DNA of 64,000 nt from Malacoraja senta (taxonomy: Eukaryota), in NCBI GenBank assembly GCA_038087875.1, contig CM075982.1:18228001-18292000 (forward strand), read 5' to 3'. This document shows, one piece after another, positions 11,051 through 24,544 of the stretch (the first letter of the stretch is position 1; each line of letters begins with the position of its first letter). The position numbers and the translations under genes were made by a program. Under the pieces are notes generated by a model, which worked only from the letters and a program-made list of their open reading frames with translations, did no database searches and was not told where the DNA came from.

Positions 11051-13364
11051 GCATATTAGATGTGTCACATCATTAAAAGTTGAAATCGATAGACTATAAC
11101 TGAGAATTACATTGCGCTTATCTTCCCTCATAGAACAGGCTGAACTTGAAAAAAAACATTGATGTAATCCTTTTTCAATCCCCATTCTTTTTCTGTCGAG
11201 TTCAGTTGAGAAGTATTATCACCTTATCTCCATTTCTGGCGATGTTCTGTTTCAGGATAACAGTGTAAAGTCACACTCTTCCCTTTCTGTAACTAAAACG
11301 GTAAGCAGCGAATATTATCCCACATCCACAAAAGTCGGTAATAATGCTTTAAAATAAAAAAGCTCCATTGGGGTACTTAACTGCTCACAAATAGTCGAAC
11401 CATGCAAGTCAATCCATTTTAAGCATGGTCGTGATTTATTTTAGGTATGTGTTGGGGAAACCAGTATCCATTGCCAGAATACTGGGATGGAGGTTCAGTC
11501 CATTACTCTGGTGCTGTAAAGCTCAGAGCAGAGGCCAGGTGTCTCTCCCCACAGGATGAAAGAACATTCACCAAGGCACCAAGGCTTGTGCACCTTTAGA
11601 TGGATGCTTTATGCCTATTGTCTTTGGAGCTACCCCCAATTATTCACGCAGGAGTGGAGCATCAGATAGCACAGTAAAACATGATGCAATTCTGATAGCA
11701 AGTCCCCCAGAACTGTACTTCATGGTAAATGATATCCTTGTAATTACACCCATTCATGGTCTCACCTCTCCCCTATAAATCTACTCCAATAGATTTTCAA
11801 CTGGTCTAAAAATTATATTCCTTTGTGTTATAGCTTTTGCAAAATGACTGGCAACCATGAGGTCCATTCTTCTGCAATTCATTCACCATTCTCTCCACCT
11901 GCTTTACACTCTATCTCTGCTTTTTTTTGAGGGGGAAGGGCATGTTATCTCGTCGATTGTCCCTGCACCTACTTTCATCCAATTATATCTGTTCTAAAGC
12001 TCTCTAAGAATGATCCTACACAGTAGATAATGTATATTTGTCATAAACAAATAACACAAACTTCAGAAAGGGGCAATTTTCTATTTCTGACCAATCCCAA
12101 ACCAGATATAACAAGGGCTACATCAGGGTCTATGTTCACTTCAGGCTATCTGATAAGGATGGCAAACAATTGACGATCTCACTTGAATTTCCTTTGAATG
12201 GTGATGAATCTCTGTTACCAATCATGGCTCAAGACGAGTCTGACAATTTAAACCTGAATTATTATGTGTATTGTACACTCATATCCGCTGTTCATTAGGA
12301 AAGGCAACTTATTTAGCCATAAGGTGGGGGAGCTAATTGTCCAAAAGATGCAAACCCATTTAAATTAAAAGAACAAGAAAATGAATCTTGGTAGAACATG
12401 TTCAGTTCTTTGTGCTAAAATCGTAAAGTGTCAATTTCAAGACACAATAATTTCAACACAATAATTTATAACACCAAGAGGGCAAACATTTCACAGCTCA
12501 ACTGTTTGAAAGCAAGGGATCAATCTATTTTTAGAACAATACACATGTTATCTTGGCCCTGGATGACTGGTTCTCAAGATTTTAAAACTCATGGTGTGTT
12601 TCAATATTACTCAAATTATGTTGAAACATGGCCATGGCATATAGTCCCAGTTTTGACATTGGCGAATAGCTTTATTAAAGCTGGTTGGTTGCAAAATGGT
12701 TGGAATCTAGTGGAGTTTGTGCTCTAACCAGCAGACATGGATGTGCTTTTGTCATCTGTCTTAAAATATGATTAATATAAGGAAAGTGACAAATCTTTGG
12801 GAATGAACACTCATTGATGACTTTATGACTTTACTATGTACATATTGTACTGTATGTACATACAATATGTACATATTGCACTGAAAGTTTCAATGACTTG
12901 CAGACAATTTTATTTGTAATTGTTTTGACAAGCATAATACAATGAGGAACCTGATGTTCTAACACTGTAGAATAATGTTGCTCTGGTGCTAAACTCCATG
13001 TCCATGGAGATCTCTGAGATATTTAACAAACTGTTTGGATATTGACTATCTATTCCTTTGAGCAAGAGTTCACATCACTAATCTGACAGTTTTGTTTACA
13101 CTATCTCTACAGTACAATTTTGTGGGTGTCAAATTACATTTTTGGCATGCTGATTCCAAAATCTGCATAAGTATTTCAGTGCAGGCTGTGACAAGTAAAA
13201 TAGGACGAGGTAGACTTTAGACTGTTTATGCTTCACACAACTGGACATCTTACTTTTTAATTCAATAAAATATTTGGAAATTCAGAATTGGTAACTTTTG
13301 ATTGGTATCAATAAAAACTAGATTAAAGCATTTGTAAGATAGGCTACTACCCAGGCAAACTTTT

Positions 13365-13632
13365 TTTTAGTTTAAAGATACAGCATGGAACAGGGCCTTT
13401 GGTCCACTGAGTCCATGCTGATCATCAATCACCCGCTCACACAAATTCTCTGTTACTACATTTTTGCATCCATTCCATACACTCTAATGAGGAAACTGGA
13501 GCACTTGGAGGAAACTCACGTGGTCACTAGAAGAACGTGCAAATTCCACACAGACAGCAGACGATGTCAGGATTGAATTTGAATCTCTAGCACTATGAGG
13601 CAGCAGCTCTTCCAGCTGTGCCATTGTGCCCA
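13365..13632 (-). mobile_element. HE1/V-SINE-type tRNA-derived SINE, diverged
   Basis: CR1-like tail, V-domain-like core (ggaaactggagcacttggaggaaactcacgtggtcac) and tRNA-like head. Confidence 0.75.
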
Positions 13633-14264
13633 TTGCTGTTTATGCTGCTGATGACGGATAGCTGGTCCATTAAATAAATTAAAATCTGCAGATATAGTTG
13701 TACAAGAAGAAAAGTTTCTAAACAAGTGTACAGGCACTCTATATCGACTTGTATCTGACTAATCTTTGAGTGATTAATATTGACATTTGGTTGGAAATAT
13801 ATTCATTCAAGCACTGAGAACTCCAAACTTGCTAAGCATTAAATAAAACATTATAAAATGTTTTAATTGCTAATTACTAATGTAAGATGTCTTATAAGTC
13901 GTTGTTCTCCTTAATTATTAGTGTGGTGTTTATAGGGTTAAAAATAACCATGCCAGTACAGCAAAAATAGAAAGCGTTTTCAATTTAAACAACTATAAAA
14001 TGAAGATTAATTTTAAAAACTCTATGGAAAAGCTGAAATAAAAACAAAATTTACAGAGGGGGAGATCTCCTAAACAAAAATTACTGGAAAACTGCAGCAT
14101 TTATGCAGAGAGAAATGGTTAACATTTCTTCATCAGACCCGTTATCAGAACTGATCGATGTAACATATTAAATGGAAGGGATTTCTACTTTCAATGCTTT
14201 AGCCATCTATAGATTATAATAGTAAACGCATCTATGGTGACCTTCCATCTTTTATATTTTGCAT

Positions 14265-14535
14265 ACTGGAGTGCATAGCTTTAAGGCGAGATGGGCTAAG
14301 TTTAAAGGAGATGTGCAGGGCAACTTTATCTACACAGATCGCCTGGAACACGCTGCCGATGGTTGTGGTAGAAGCAGATATGATAGTGGCATTTAAGGGA
14401 CTTTTGGATAGGCATAAGGACATGTAGGAACTGGAGGGATATGGAATATGTGCAGGTAGATAAGGGATGGTCTTGGCACAGACATTGTGAGTTGAGAGGC
14501 CTGTTCCTGTGCAGTACTGTTGTATATTCTATGTT
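14265..14535 (+). mobile_element. CR1 3' fragment
   Basis: catagctttaaggcgag... to gcctgttcctgtgcagtactgttg tail. Confidence 0.75.
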
Positions 14536-14670
14536 CAATGTTCTATCATCATTAGTACGATAACAATATTAATTGTAATATGACCATAGAGATGGGATAT
14601 TATCATTATCCAGGGTTGTGGTACCTCATTCCCCAAACCCATACACCATCCCACTAAGTAGTCATCTATA

Positions 14671-15918
14671 TGAATGAATGAATGAGTAAGTTTAGTGGCC
14701 AAGTATGTACACATACAAGGAATTTGCCTTGGTGCTCCATTTGCAAGCAGCAACACGACATACAGTAACAATTAAGAATGACATATAAAACATTAAACAT
14801 TAATAATAAAACATTACAGTTTAAACATGTGAATGAAATAAAATACCAGAGCAAAATGAGGCTACAGACTTTTGGTTATTGAGTAGAGCTACTACTCGTG
14901 GAAAAAAGCTGTTTTTTGTCTGGCTGTGACGGCTTTGAAGAGTTCAGAGGGAAGTGATTCAAAGAGTTTGTGGCCAGGGTGAGAGGGGTCAGAGATGATC
15001 TTACCCACTCTCTTCCTGGCCCTTGCAGTTACAGTTAATCAATGGGGGGAAGGTTGCAGCCAACAACCTTCTCAGCTGATCGGACGATTCGCTGCAGCCT
15101 CCGGATGTCGTGCTTGGTGGCTGAGCCAAAGCAGACTATGATGGAGAAGGTGAGGACAGACTCTACGAAGGCAGTATAGAATTGGACCATCATTGCCTGT
15201 GGCAGATTGTGTTTCCTCATCTGCTGCAGGAAGTACATCATCTGTTGGGCCTATTTGACCGTGGAGTCGATGGTGGCCACCAATTTAAGGTCCTTGGAGA
15301 TGATGGTTCCAAGGAACTTAAAAGACTGCACAGATGTGACTGTGGTGTTGTTGATGGTGAGAGGGGGGGGGAGGGGGAGCTCTCCTAAAGTCTACATTCA
15401 ATTCCACTGTCTTAAGAGCATTGAGCTCCAGGTTGTTACGAAGGCACCAGGATGCCAGCTGTGTCACTTCCTGTCTGTAGGCAGATTCCTCCCCATCCTG
15501 GATCAGTCCAATCAGGGTTTTGTCTTCCGCAAACTTGAGAAGCTTGACAGAGGTGTCTGTGGAGGTGCAGTCGTTGGTGTAGAGAGAGTAAAGGAGAGGA
15601 GACAGTACGCAGCCTTGTGGTGCTCCTATGCTGAGGGTCTGCGGGTCCGAGATGTGCTTTCCCAGCCTCACATGCTGCTTCCTGTCTGTCAGGAAGTTGG
15701 TGATCCACTGACAGAGGGGTTCAGGCACATTCAACTTGGAGAATTTGTAGTAGCTCTGGCACAATGGTGTTGAATGCAGAGCGAAAATCAACAAACAAAA
15801 TCCTTGCATAGGTTCCCGTGGCAGATGCTGGAGAATGAAGTGCAGGCCTAGGTTGACTGCGTCATCCACTGATCTATTGGCCCAGTAAGCAAACTGCAGA
15901 GTGTCCAGCAGGGGGTTA
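14671..15918 (-). mobile_element. Rex1/Babar-like LINE, 5'-truncated and frameshifted RT
   Basis: ORFs 15318-15869 (GAPQGCVLSPLLYSLYTNDC...LLKFAED) and 15035-15241; (ATTC)n tail near 14671-14685. Confidence 0.85.
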
Positions 15919-18900
15919 GTACAACATTGCTGTACTTTTCCACTTTTCTGCTACAAAAGAAAACAATGTCTCTCTAGGCAGTCATAACCCATATTAAACG
16001 TTCTGATACGTTTGCTGCAGAGTAGGAAATCAATTTACATATAACCCAAGTTCTTCAAATTTCTCCAGCAATAAAAATTATCTCCTTTCATCGTATTTTT
16101 GAGGGAAGTGATGGAGTAAAACATACACTATTATTGCTTAGGAAACACTATGTTCCTCCATGCCAGAATACATTTGGTTACATATTTTCAACATATGCTG
16201 ACCATGTTAATCTCATAACTCAGTACAGCTTCCTTAGCACAGTGAGTTGATTTGTTAAACCACACAATGCCACTTGTGTGACATCGACAAGGTGAGGACA
16301 TGCTATAGCTGTTTCTTCCCAAATTACAACCTGTCAGTGATGTTCACACCACTGTACCCTTAAACTGTCAAACATGACAGTCACCCAAATGTTCACCACC
16401 TGGTAGACATCTTTTAATGTAGAGTAATGATAGGTTTGAGCATTATTATCTCCAATGGTATTCCTTGTCTCACAAAGCATTAACGTTCATTTAATTTACG
16501 CGCACTAATCTACTCAAATGATATCTTCATATCCGATTAGGTTGGTTAAATAATTTTGCACACCGAATATATTTTATCAACATGCACCTGCAGTCACTGT
16601 AATCTTTAATGTTTAGAACATCTTGCACTCAGAGATACACGTGGTGTGTGGTCCTTTCAGGCATACCCCTCAAGATTAAAGTAGGGAGAGCGTAAAAGTG
16701 GGAAACCGTAAAAGTCAAAGGACTAAAAACAAAACTCCAAGCCGGAAGATAGGGCGGTGTTTTCAGTCTGAACCAACATTTGGAGGTTGCAATAGACAAG
16801 GATGGTTGATGATCTGTGAAGTTCTCAGGGAATGTCTGGAAAAATATAAGAAAGAAAAATATAAGAAACAAAATTGATGATGAAGGAGTGAATCTCCAGT
16901 ACCGTTTAACCACAGGATGAATTAGTCTGGCATGAGATAAGGGACAAAACCACAACGTTATATTCTCCCAGCTTCATCAGAGGCAGTGATTTATTGGTAA
17001 ATTAGCTCACTTTACTACGATTCAAAGTTTCAGAGGTCTAATCACTTGCAAGCAACATGACTGGCCATCTAGTTTTAGTGAAATCAGAAACAATGGATCC
17101 TCTCAAAGACAAGGAAAGAGCTGGCTGTTACTTCAGTACTGAGAGATAACTAGAGGTCAAGGTTAAGGCAATGAAAGTCTGTGTGTCTAGCCTTGGTCAT
17201 GGAATCCACGTGAAGTGTAAGGTCATTGTATGAATTGTCAGAACAACCAATTCCATATTCCTTTGTGCCTGCTTGGCTCAGTACCAACAACAAGCGGTGA
17301 AGTGGAAGGTAGTGGTGATAGTTTAGCAGTCGATAGTCCAGCTGAAGTGGGACACAGATAAACAAAATGGGTCAGAACTAAATTGGGGTATCAATGTGGC
17401 ACTGTCTCATTTGAGGGAACAAACGTAGCAGGAGGGAAATGGATACAGGGTGCAACTCCCAATGGAACTCTGGACCAATGTGAAACCTTACGAACCAATA
17501 CTCAGAAAGGAGAACCCCTCAGTTTCTTGTTTCATAGATAACTGGGTACTACCAATCACCTTCTGTCTTGACAGATATGTGCTTGTACTTTGTCTTGAAA
17601 ATTAACAGTTTGAGTAATGCTAAGTATACATTTCGCCATTTGTCACTGGCGAAAGTGTGAATTCAGCACAACACTAGTATTATTCATCAGAGCGATTTTT
17701 CTAATTAAAGCCAAAGTCAATCTTTAAGTCATACAGTTATCATTCCATTGTCAGTGAAAGCGATATTCTTGTAGAAAAATGAAGATCAAAGTAAAATTAA
17801 GTCTGAATGTTCCATGTGAAATGGAATATGTTAGCTTCCAAACTTGCTGAACTGATGATATATCAAAGGGAAAGAGAGTGATGGGACTCCATCAACACTG
17901 CAGGTGTATATTGTTCTGAAAGATTAAGATCTCAGCTTTAAGTCAATTTGAACATCTATAGAACATTCCACAGTACCAGAAACAAATATCTCAGAAAACT
18001 CACCTCACTGTTGCTTGATAGATGAGGACGAAATAAATCATTTAATCATCCATAAAAGAGAACTCAACTATGAACTGTGTCCATATATAAAGACTTCCTC
18101 AATTTAGTGTGAAAGCAGTGTATACTGCTGGTTGAGCCAAGAAGGTGGCATGACATTGCATTTCCTTCTGTGACTTCAAAGCATTCTATTACTAGGATGA
18201 TCCCGGTGTCAAAAAACCAACAGCAGCTAACACTACCAGCTTAACAAATAATCATGGGAAAATTATAATGTTGATAACAGTGACCAAACGGTGAAGCAAA
18301 GGTTATGTGAACAGTATTGTGGTCAAATAATTCACAAGGAGCTTCGTATCAATACTCAAACCAGCAAGTAAAGATTTATATCTGAAACAAAAATCATTAG
18401 ACTCCTGCAGAATCAATTTCTAAGATGTCAGATTCAAAATATATTGTCTCAATTGCTTCATGCATTGCAGTATAAACGATGACCCTGGATCCACTGGCTA
18501 TCTGGCTAATTCTGCATTATGTTTTAGCACGGCAATGCATTATTTTGCAAAGTAAGCATGCCTGTTACATTTAAAACGTAGAGCTTCGTAAAATGTTAAT
18601 AATGTTTCACTATTTTAATGCTGCAATTAAATTAAACCAGATTAACTGATGGTAATTTTTTCCTCATCAAAAAATCATCTTTAGCTGGTTTCATGTTTTG
18701 ATAGCAACAAACATTTGGCTCGCTGTGAGAGAAGTTTGCACAATGGCAAAGTGTATTGCAAAATAAACAGTATTACAGTTAATCCCCCTTTAATGCAATA
18801 TTGTGAAAAGATTTGACAGCTGATGGAAGCTATTGCACTGATGCAAATAGTCATTCCAGGTCACTATCTTTATAATCATATATTGATTTAATTTACAATT

Positions 18901-19290
18901 TAGATTACCATGAGGTGCTTGTTACTAGAATGCACCTTGATAATTGTGAACAAACTGACCAGGAATGGCTGAGTAAATCATCTAGTTATTTGTTGGTGTT
19001 TGCGGGCAATTTTAACCCTGCAAGTGGATGGATTTGAGAGCAAACAGAGGATTAATCTATCAAAATCCTCAGTTCATCAGAAAATTGCAGCCAAATCACA
19101 AACAATTTCATGTAACCCAGGCTATGATCAGGAGACTGTGGCCAGCAATTCCAGTTTGTTAATTCTTCATCAATGATCTATTGATATTGATGAACATTTA
19201 GGTGCATGAGTGTTTCATGTTTCTTGATTCCCGCCAGTGAAAGCAAGACAAGAACAAGGTGTCTTTGGAATGACGATGGGAGTGGTGGTA

Positions 19291-21240
19291 ATAATAAAAG
19301 CTTTATTTCAGACACAGGTCCATAGAACACATCAAACAGTATAAGGAGATACAAAAATACATATAAAATTGCATATTAGCCTATAAGATATACAAGCTAT
19401 TGCACCAATGCCGTCTTAGCCTAGAAGTGAATCTATAGCAGCTTTTCAGAGGGCTGACTAGGGCTTCAATTATGTGGTTCTCTGACTTATCCAGGCGACA
19501 CATGAAACTAAACATCAGCTGTCTTAAGAGTGCCTCACAGGTTGGCACTCTAGTGGACACAAACAATTGACTGGCACTATGCCATCTAGGGACACGAAGT
19601 AGCAACCTCATTGCATCATTGTATGCTACCTTGAGCCTCTGCATACTCTTTTTCTTATAATTAGACCAGAATTGAGCAGTATATAACGGTGTGATGTACG
19701 TTCTGAACAGTGAACACTTCACAGAGTCAGAGCACATAGAAAACTTCCTTATAAGCATGTTAGCTTGAAGATAAATGTGACAGCGCTGTCGGTAGAGGTC
19801 TTTGTCATCCGTCCAGTCATGGGATATGACATGAGCTAGGTATTTAATTTCCTCACACACAGCAAGAGGACTGTCTGACAAATAAAAAGTCGGAAAAGTT
19901 GATTTCCTGTCCTCAGCGCTTCTAACTATCATTATGCGGCTTTTCTTAGCGTTATACTTGATGTCATAATCAAGGCCATACTGAGAGCACACCTTCAGCA
20001 TCTGCTGCAGCCCAACACTATATGGACAGAGCAGGACCAGGTCGTCTGCATACATAAGATGATTAACAATAGTGTTGCCCACAAGACAGCCAGTTTTTAA
20101 CCTATTTAACTGATTTGACAATTCATCCATATAAACATGAAATAAAATAGGAGACAAAATTCCTCCTTGTCGCACTCCGTTACTAACACAGAATGGAGCA
20201 GATACAACATTGTCCCATTTAACCTGAAACGTTTGATGGGCATACCAAAACACTAAAATTCTCACTAAGAATTTAGGGGCACCTCTATCTAGCAATTTTA
20301 CAAACAATTGTTCATGATTAATTCTATCAAATGCCTTGGACGCATCAATAAAACATAAAAATACAGATGAATTCAGGCTTGTGCACCTGAAAGCAATCTC
20401 TTTAAGAGCATAGATACACAGGTCAGTTCCATGTTTTCTTTTGAACCCAAACTGATTGTCAGTAGTAAGGACATACATTTCTAGCTTTGTCAACAGTATT
20501 CTCTCCAGGACTTTAGATAAGATACTGGCTAATGCAATAGGTCGGTAATTATCAATACTGTTGAGCTTACCAGCCTTATCTTTAAGCACAGGCACTAACA
20601 TTACAGACATAATAGCATTTGGCAGGACACCATGAACCAGACAACCATTAAAGCACGTGGAAAGCAAAGGGCAGAGCTTATAGCTGGCATATTTTAGATG
20701 TTCTGCAGTAATGCAGTCCATACCGCAGCCTTTGTTGTTATCCAACATGTTAATGGCATCATAGACATCTGCTGCCCTAACTACCATATCTACAGAGAGA
20801 TCAATATGTTCATGATTGATTCTAACTGGGTTACTTTTAACACAGTTAAAAAGGTTACGGTAGTACTCAAGCCAACTCTCAGCTATTTTTTCTGGGCTAC
20901 TAACACCTTCAATGTCAGACGGTAGGGGTGTTTTACTGTTATTCATTACTTTGACCTCTTTCCAGAAGTTAGTAAGGTTGTTATTCTGTAGCTTCCTGGC
21001 AAGCGAGTCTGCTCTCATTGTGTTTTCATTTTTCTTAATAAAACGATGTGCATACTTAACTCTAGCATTTGTGTGTGTTTTCATATCTAGCAATACCCCC
21101 TGTCTAGGCCTACCTGCCTCTGACCAGAGTCTAAAGGCCTCTCTAGCCTCAGCATACTGCTCAGCCACAAACTCATTCCACCCAGGTCTGATGTTGGGTA
21201 CCTTACATTTATGTGACAGACAGATTTCACAATAACTACT
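19291..21240 (-). mobile_element. 5'-truncated non-LTR retrotransposon with open RT ORF 19381-21168 (clade uncertain, possibly Proto2/RTEX-like)
   Basis: 595-aa ORF with NYRPIAL, QFGF, DASKAFD, GVRQGGILSP and YADD; 3' end atggacctgtgtctgaaataaagc. Confidence 0.9.
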
Positions 21241-21319
21241 TCAACATCAGAGGTGCCTTCATGGGCGACCAAAAGAGAATGTTTTCTTCACTATCGTTAT
21301 GTTGGATTTCAATTGGGTA

Positions 21320-21495
21320 GAAAGGATATGTAGAACTCCAAAGATTGACAGGCTTGTAGGTTAATTGGCTTGGGAAAGCTGTAAAATTGTCCCTAGTGTA
21401 TGTAGGATAGTGTAAGTATGCGAGGATCGCTGGTCAGCGTGGACTCTGTGGGCCAAAGGACCTATATCCGCGCTGTACCTTTAAATTAAACTGAA
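21320..21495 (+). mobile_element. HE1-type SINE 3' part
   Basis: ctccaaag...caggcttgtaggttaattggcttgg...gggccaaaggacct...taaattaaact. Confidence 0.7.
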
Positions 21496-22894
21496 CGCAG
21501 TAACTTTGTGAAAGTTGCTGTTCACTTCCAACTGCTACCTGATCACTGCCCTTTGCAGGTCTCCATCGTAGGATTGTGATAGAAGCTGCCTTATTTGCAA
21601 TGCTGTAGGCCTATGAGAGGACTGCAATGGACAACAAACAAGAGCTTGAGGAACAGCAACAGGCTGCTCCCTGCCTCCTGCTAGCAGCTTATGGAAGAGG
21701 TGATCAGCTGATATCGCACAGCAATCCATGCGCCGCAGAACACTGAATGTACATGACTGCTGCAAGGAAACAGTCTTTGAATGTACTGGAATGTATTGAA
21801 TGGCTGGAGTTGGCCACCTAACCCCTCAAGCCTGCCCTGCCATTCGATATGTGCATTCAAAGACTGTTTCCCTGCAGCAGTCAGTTGGCGATTTGCTGTG
21901 CTTCATACAGTGTTGTCCAGCAACAGGGGTTGTAAATACAAGTCGGAGATGACACTATCTGTTGACAATGATATGGAGCAGGAATAGAAGTGGCACACAT
22001 AACACCTCGTCCTCAGCCCCACCTTTCTGATGTCCCCATTGCTGCAAGGATCTATTATCCTGCAGGGTATCAACGTGCAATTCCCCTTTATCTCTCTCCT
22101 CCCTCTCGACCATCAATGTCGACTATTCCCCACAACAGCCTTGCTTATTTTAACCACCCTCCATTGCTCAGTGGTGGCTCATAGTCTTATTGTTCTAAGC
22201 ATTACCTAGCTGCTTGCCAGCCACCAGTCACAAACATTTCACACCAGAAAGTGATATCAATAAATAATTTCCATGGGGTTCCAAAGAAATATAACATAAC
22301 ACCGATCGAAAATAAAAACAAAACGTAGATGCTAGAAATCTGAAATAATAATCTAGAAAAGTCGGAAACATCCACAACAGGTCAGACAGCATTTGTGAAA
22401 AAGAACAAAATGCTTTTTGTAAGAAAAAACAATGAGAGAAAAAGCAGTTCAAATTACAGAGAAGGTGGGAGGGGGGGATAAATAGGACACAGGGTATGTC
22501 TGATTGGTGGAGATCAGAATTGAAAAGGAAAAAATATGTTGTTGTAGCCATCTGATCAATCTATTAATGAGATTATTTGGAAAGTGAGAATACAAACAAG
22601 GTAGTGTCCATACTTACAAAATACAGAGCTCAGCAGGTAAGCTGTGCTCATGAAGAGAGAAGAATTAGCCAATATCATAGATAGACAAATTATTTACTCA
22701 GAAATGGTCAGCTCTGACACAGACAGAGAAAGTGAGTGACCTGAAGTTGTAGAATTTGGTATTGAGTGTGGAAGGCTTTATACTGACAAAAGATGAGATG
22801 TGTAGGAAGGAAGTGCAGATGCTGGTTTAAACTGAAGATAGACACAAAAAGCTGGAGTAACTCAGTGGGACGGGCAGCATCTCTGGAGAAAAGG

Positions 22895-23904
22895 TTCCCC
22901 CGCCCAGCGGCTAATGTCCCGCCAGACACGTCCACCACTGCCTGTCTCCCAGCAACAGCTGCAGCCGCACGTCCGTTCTCCCACCGCGATACAAAAGCGA
23001 GTGCAATTTAAACGCGACACGCAAAAGCGGTTTTATGACAAGACCAGCAAGCCGCTAAAACCACTAGTACAAGGACAAGTGGTACATCTACAAACTGACA
23101 AAGGACATACCAAACTAGGGCACATTCATGGCCCCTCAAAGGAACCACGCTCCTACCTGGTCGCAGTGGATGGTGTTCTCTACAGACGCAACCGTCAATT
23201 CCTTCCAGTGAAGGAACCGTGTCCGGCTTCTGATGCCCGGCCATTCGTGTTTACACCGACGCCTGTTGCAGCCATCCCATCACCTGTTGTGAATAATACT
23301 ACACACTCCCCGCGTGGGTCCGCCCCTACGTCTCCCGTTGTAACCAGTGCCCCGGGCTCTCCGCGTCGGTCTACCCCCGGTTCCCCCGTGGCTGGCTCTC
23401 CCTACAAGCCCATCGGGTCGCCAGCGGTATCACCAAACCCAGTCCCCATCTTTTCGGAAGAAAAAGGGGGTGAGGCGGCTTCCTACCGCACGAGGGCCGG
23501 GCGGGTTAGTAGGCCACCCACTAGATACGGCGATTTTGTTTAACTCCAGTATATTCTAGGGTTTCAGCCCGAAACGTTGCCTATTTCCTTCGCTCCATAG
23601 ATGCTGCTGCACCCGCTGAGTTTCTCCAGCATTTTTGTGTACCTATTCTATCAGCATATTGTTCAAGCTCCGTGGTTGCTTTTCACTTTCTACGAGAAGA
23701 GATGTAGATTGGCTATTGCATGTTAGCCAATCAGAATGCTTACTAGTAATAACTCCACCTAGTGCATGCTTTATAGTTTTAAGAACTCGTTTATTACATT
23801 TAGTAGATGCAGCAGACTGAACGTATAATGTACTGCATATCTGACACTGAGAAGTCTATTAAAGATGCTTATACCTTTACCTGTGTACGAGTCAGGTAAT
23901 TATA
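22895..23904 (+). mobile_element. Gypsy LTR-retrotransposon 3' fragment: integrase C-terminus (to 23543), PPT and ~200-bp 3' LTR
   Basis: PAQRLMSRQTR...QKRFYDK...PRSYLVAVDGVLYRRNRQFL...RTRAGRVSRPPTRY. Purine tract 23694-23702, then TG at 23703; ATTAAA at 23858. Confidence 0.8.
23559..23643 (+). mobile_element. Short Penelope-type terminal fragment inside the Gypsy 3' UTR
   Basis: gggtttcagcccgaaacgttg...tctccagcatttttgtgtacc flanked by TSD tattcta (23552-23558 and 23644-23650). Confidence 0.75.
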
Positions 23905-23989
23905 GGTGACGTTTCAGGTCAAGACCATTCTTCAGACGTTGTTCCTGTGCTTTAACAGTGTGGGGGCCACTGACAAGACAGGTCTGAGG

Positions 23990-24180
23990 GGAGAATTAAA
24001 GTTACAGGTAACAGGGAGTTCAGGGTTGTCCCAGTGGAATGAACGCAGGTACTCCACAACCAATCAGTGTTTCATTTCTCCAAATGCATTTGATGAGATT
24101 ACATGTAGAGCAAGTGAATCGCGGCATCACCGATTGGGACTGTTTGGGTCTCTGGGTGGATGGGAAGAGATAAGAGGTGT
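23990..24180 (-). mobile_element. Degraded Penelope GIY-YIG region remnant
   Basis: caagtgaatc...gggactgtttgggtc is the reverse of a GPKQS...FTC-type segment, as at 49580-49620. Confidence 0.4.
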
Positions 24181-24544
24181 TATATCTTCTGCAGTGACAC
24201 TACTACAGTGAAAATTGTGAATGGGATACACTTATGAAGCAACAGAAATGGACACTTCATCATTTTAGTTACTGCATTGTAATAGTAGCAAAGGGTAATG
24301 AGGTTACTCAGATCATTGCTGTGATGCCCAGGATGCTTCTGCAGGCCAGTGACTTTTGCTGAGGTTCTCCTTCCACAGATGAAGATATTACCTGTGATTT
24401 CATTAACTAATGCGCAATGTAGGCTCCCTCATCTTTTGGCAAGGATTAACCGCTGCCAGTAATTCACATATTTGTTGCTACTTGTCCAGATGTATACCAC
24501 TCATCACTGTCTGTTAAAAGAAAGTTTCCATGAGCAGTCAGGCA

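Larger units (their letters stand above)
7440..11060. promoter_or_regulatory. CpG-enriched, TE-poor 5' regulatory region of SRRM3
   Basis: By eye, CpG density is higher than in the flanks; no recognisable TE; contains the first coding exon and the RE1 cluster. Confidence 0.6.
22800..23937 (-). mobile_element. Penelope-type terminal repeat split by a Gypsy insertion (22800-22894 plus 23903-23937)
   Basis: ...ctctggagaaaagg | taggtgacgtttcaggtcaagaccattcttcagac rejoins to the intact copy seen at 31760-31812. Confidence 0.75.

Noticed and set aside
16629-17550. Hydrophobic ORF 16629-16955 and ORF 17150-17365 as a possible endogenous viral surface or env gene
   Set aside because: No diagnostic motif and no polymerase nearby. 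The hydrophobic run comes from a short A-rich duplication (aaaaatataagaaa twice).
22800-23643. Gypsy ORF apparently captured between inverted Penelope termini
   Set aside because: The right terminus has its own TSD, and the left one resumes at 23903, so this is serial nesting rather than capture.
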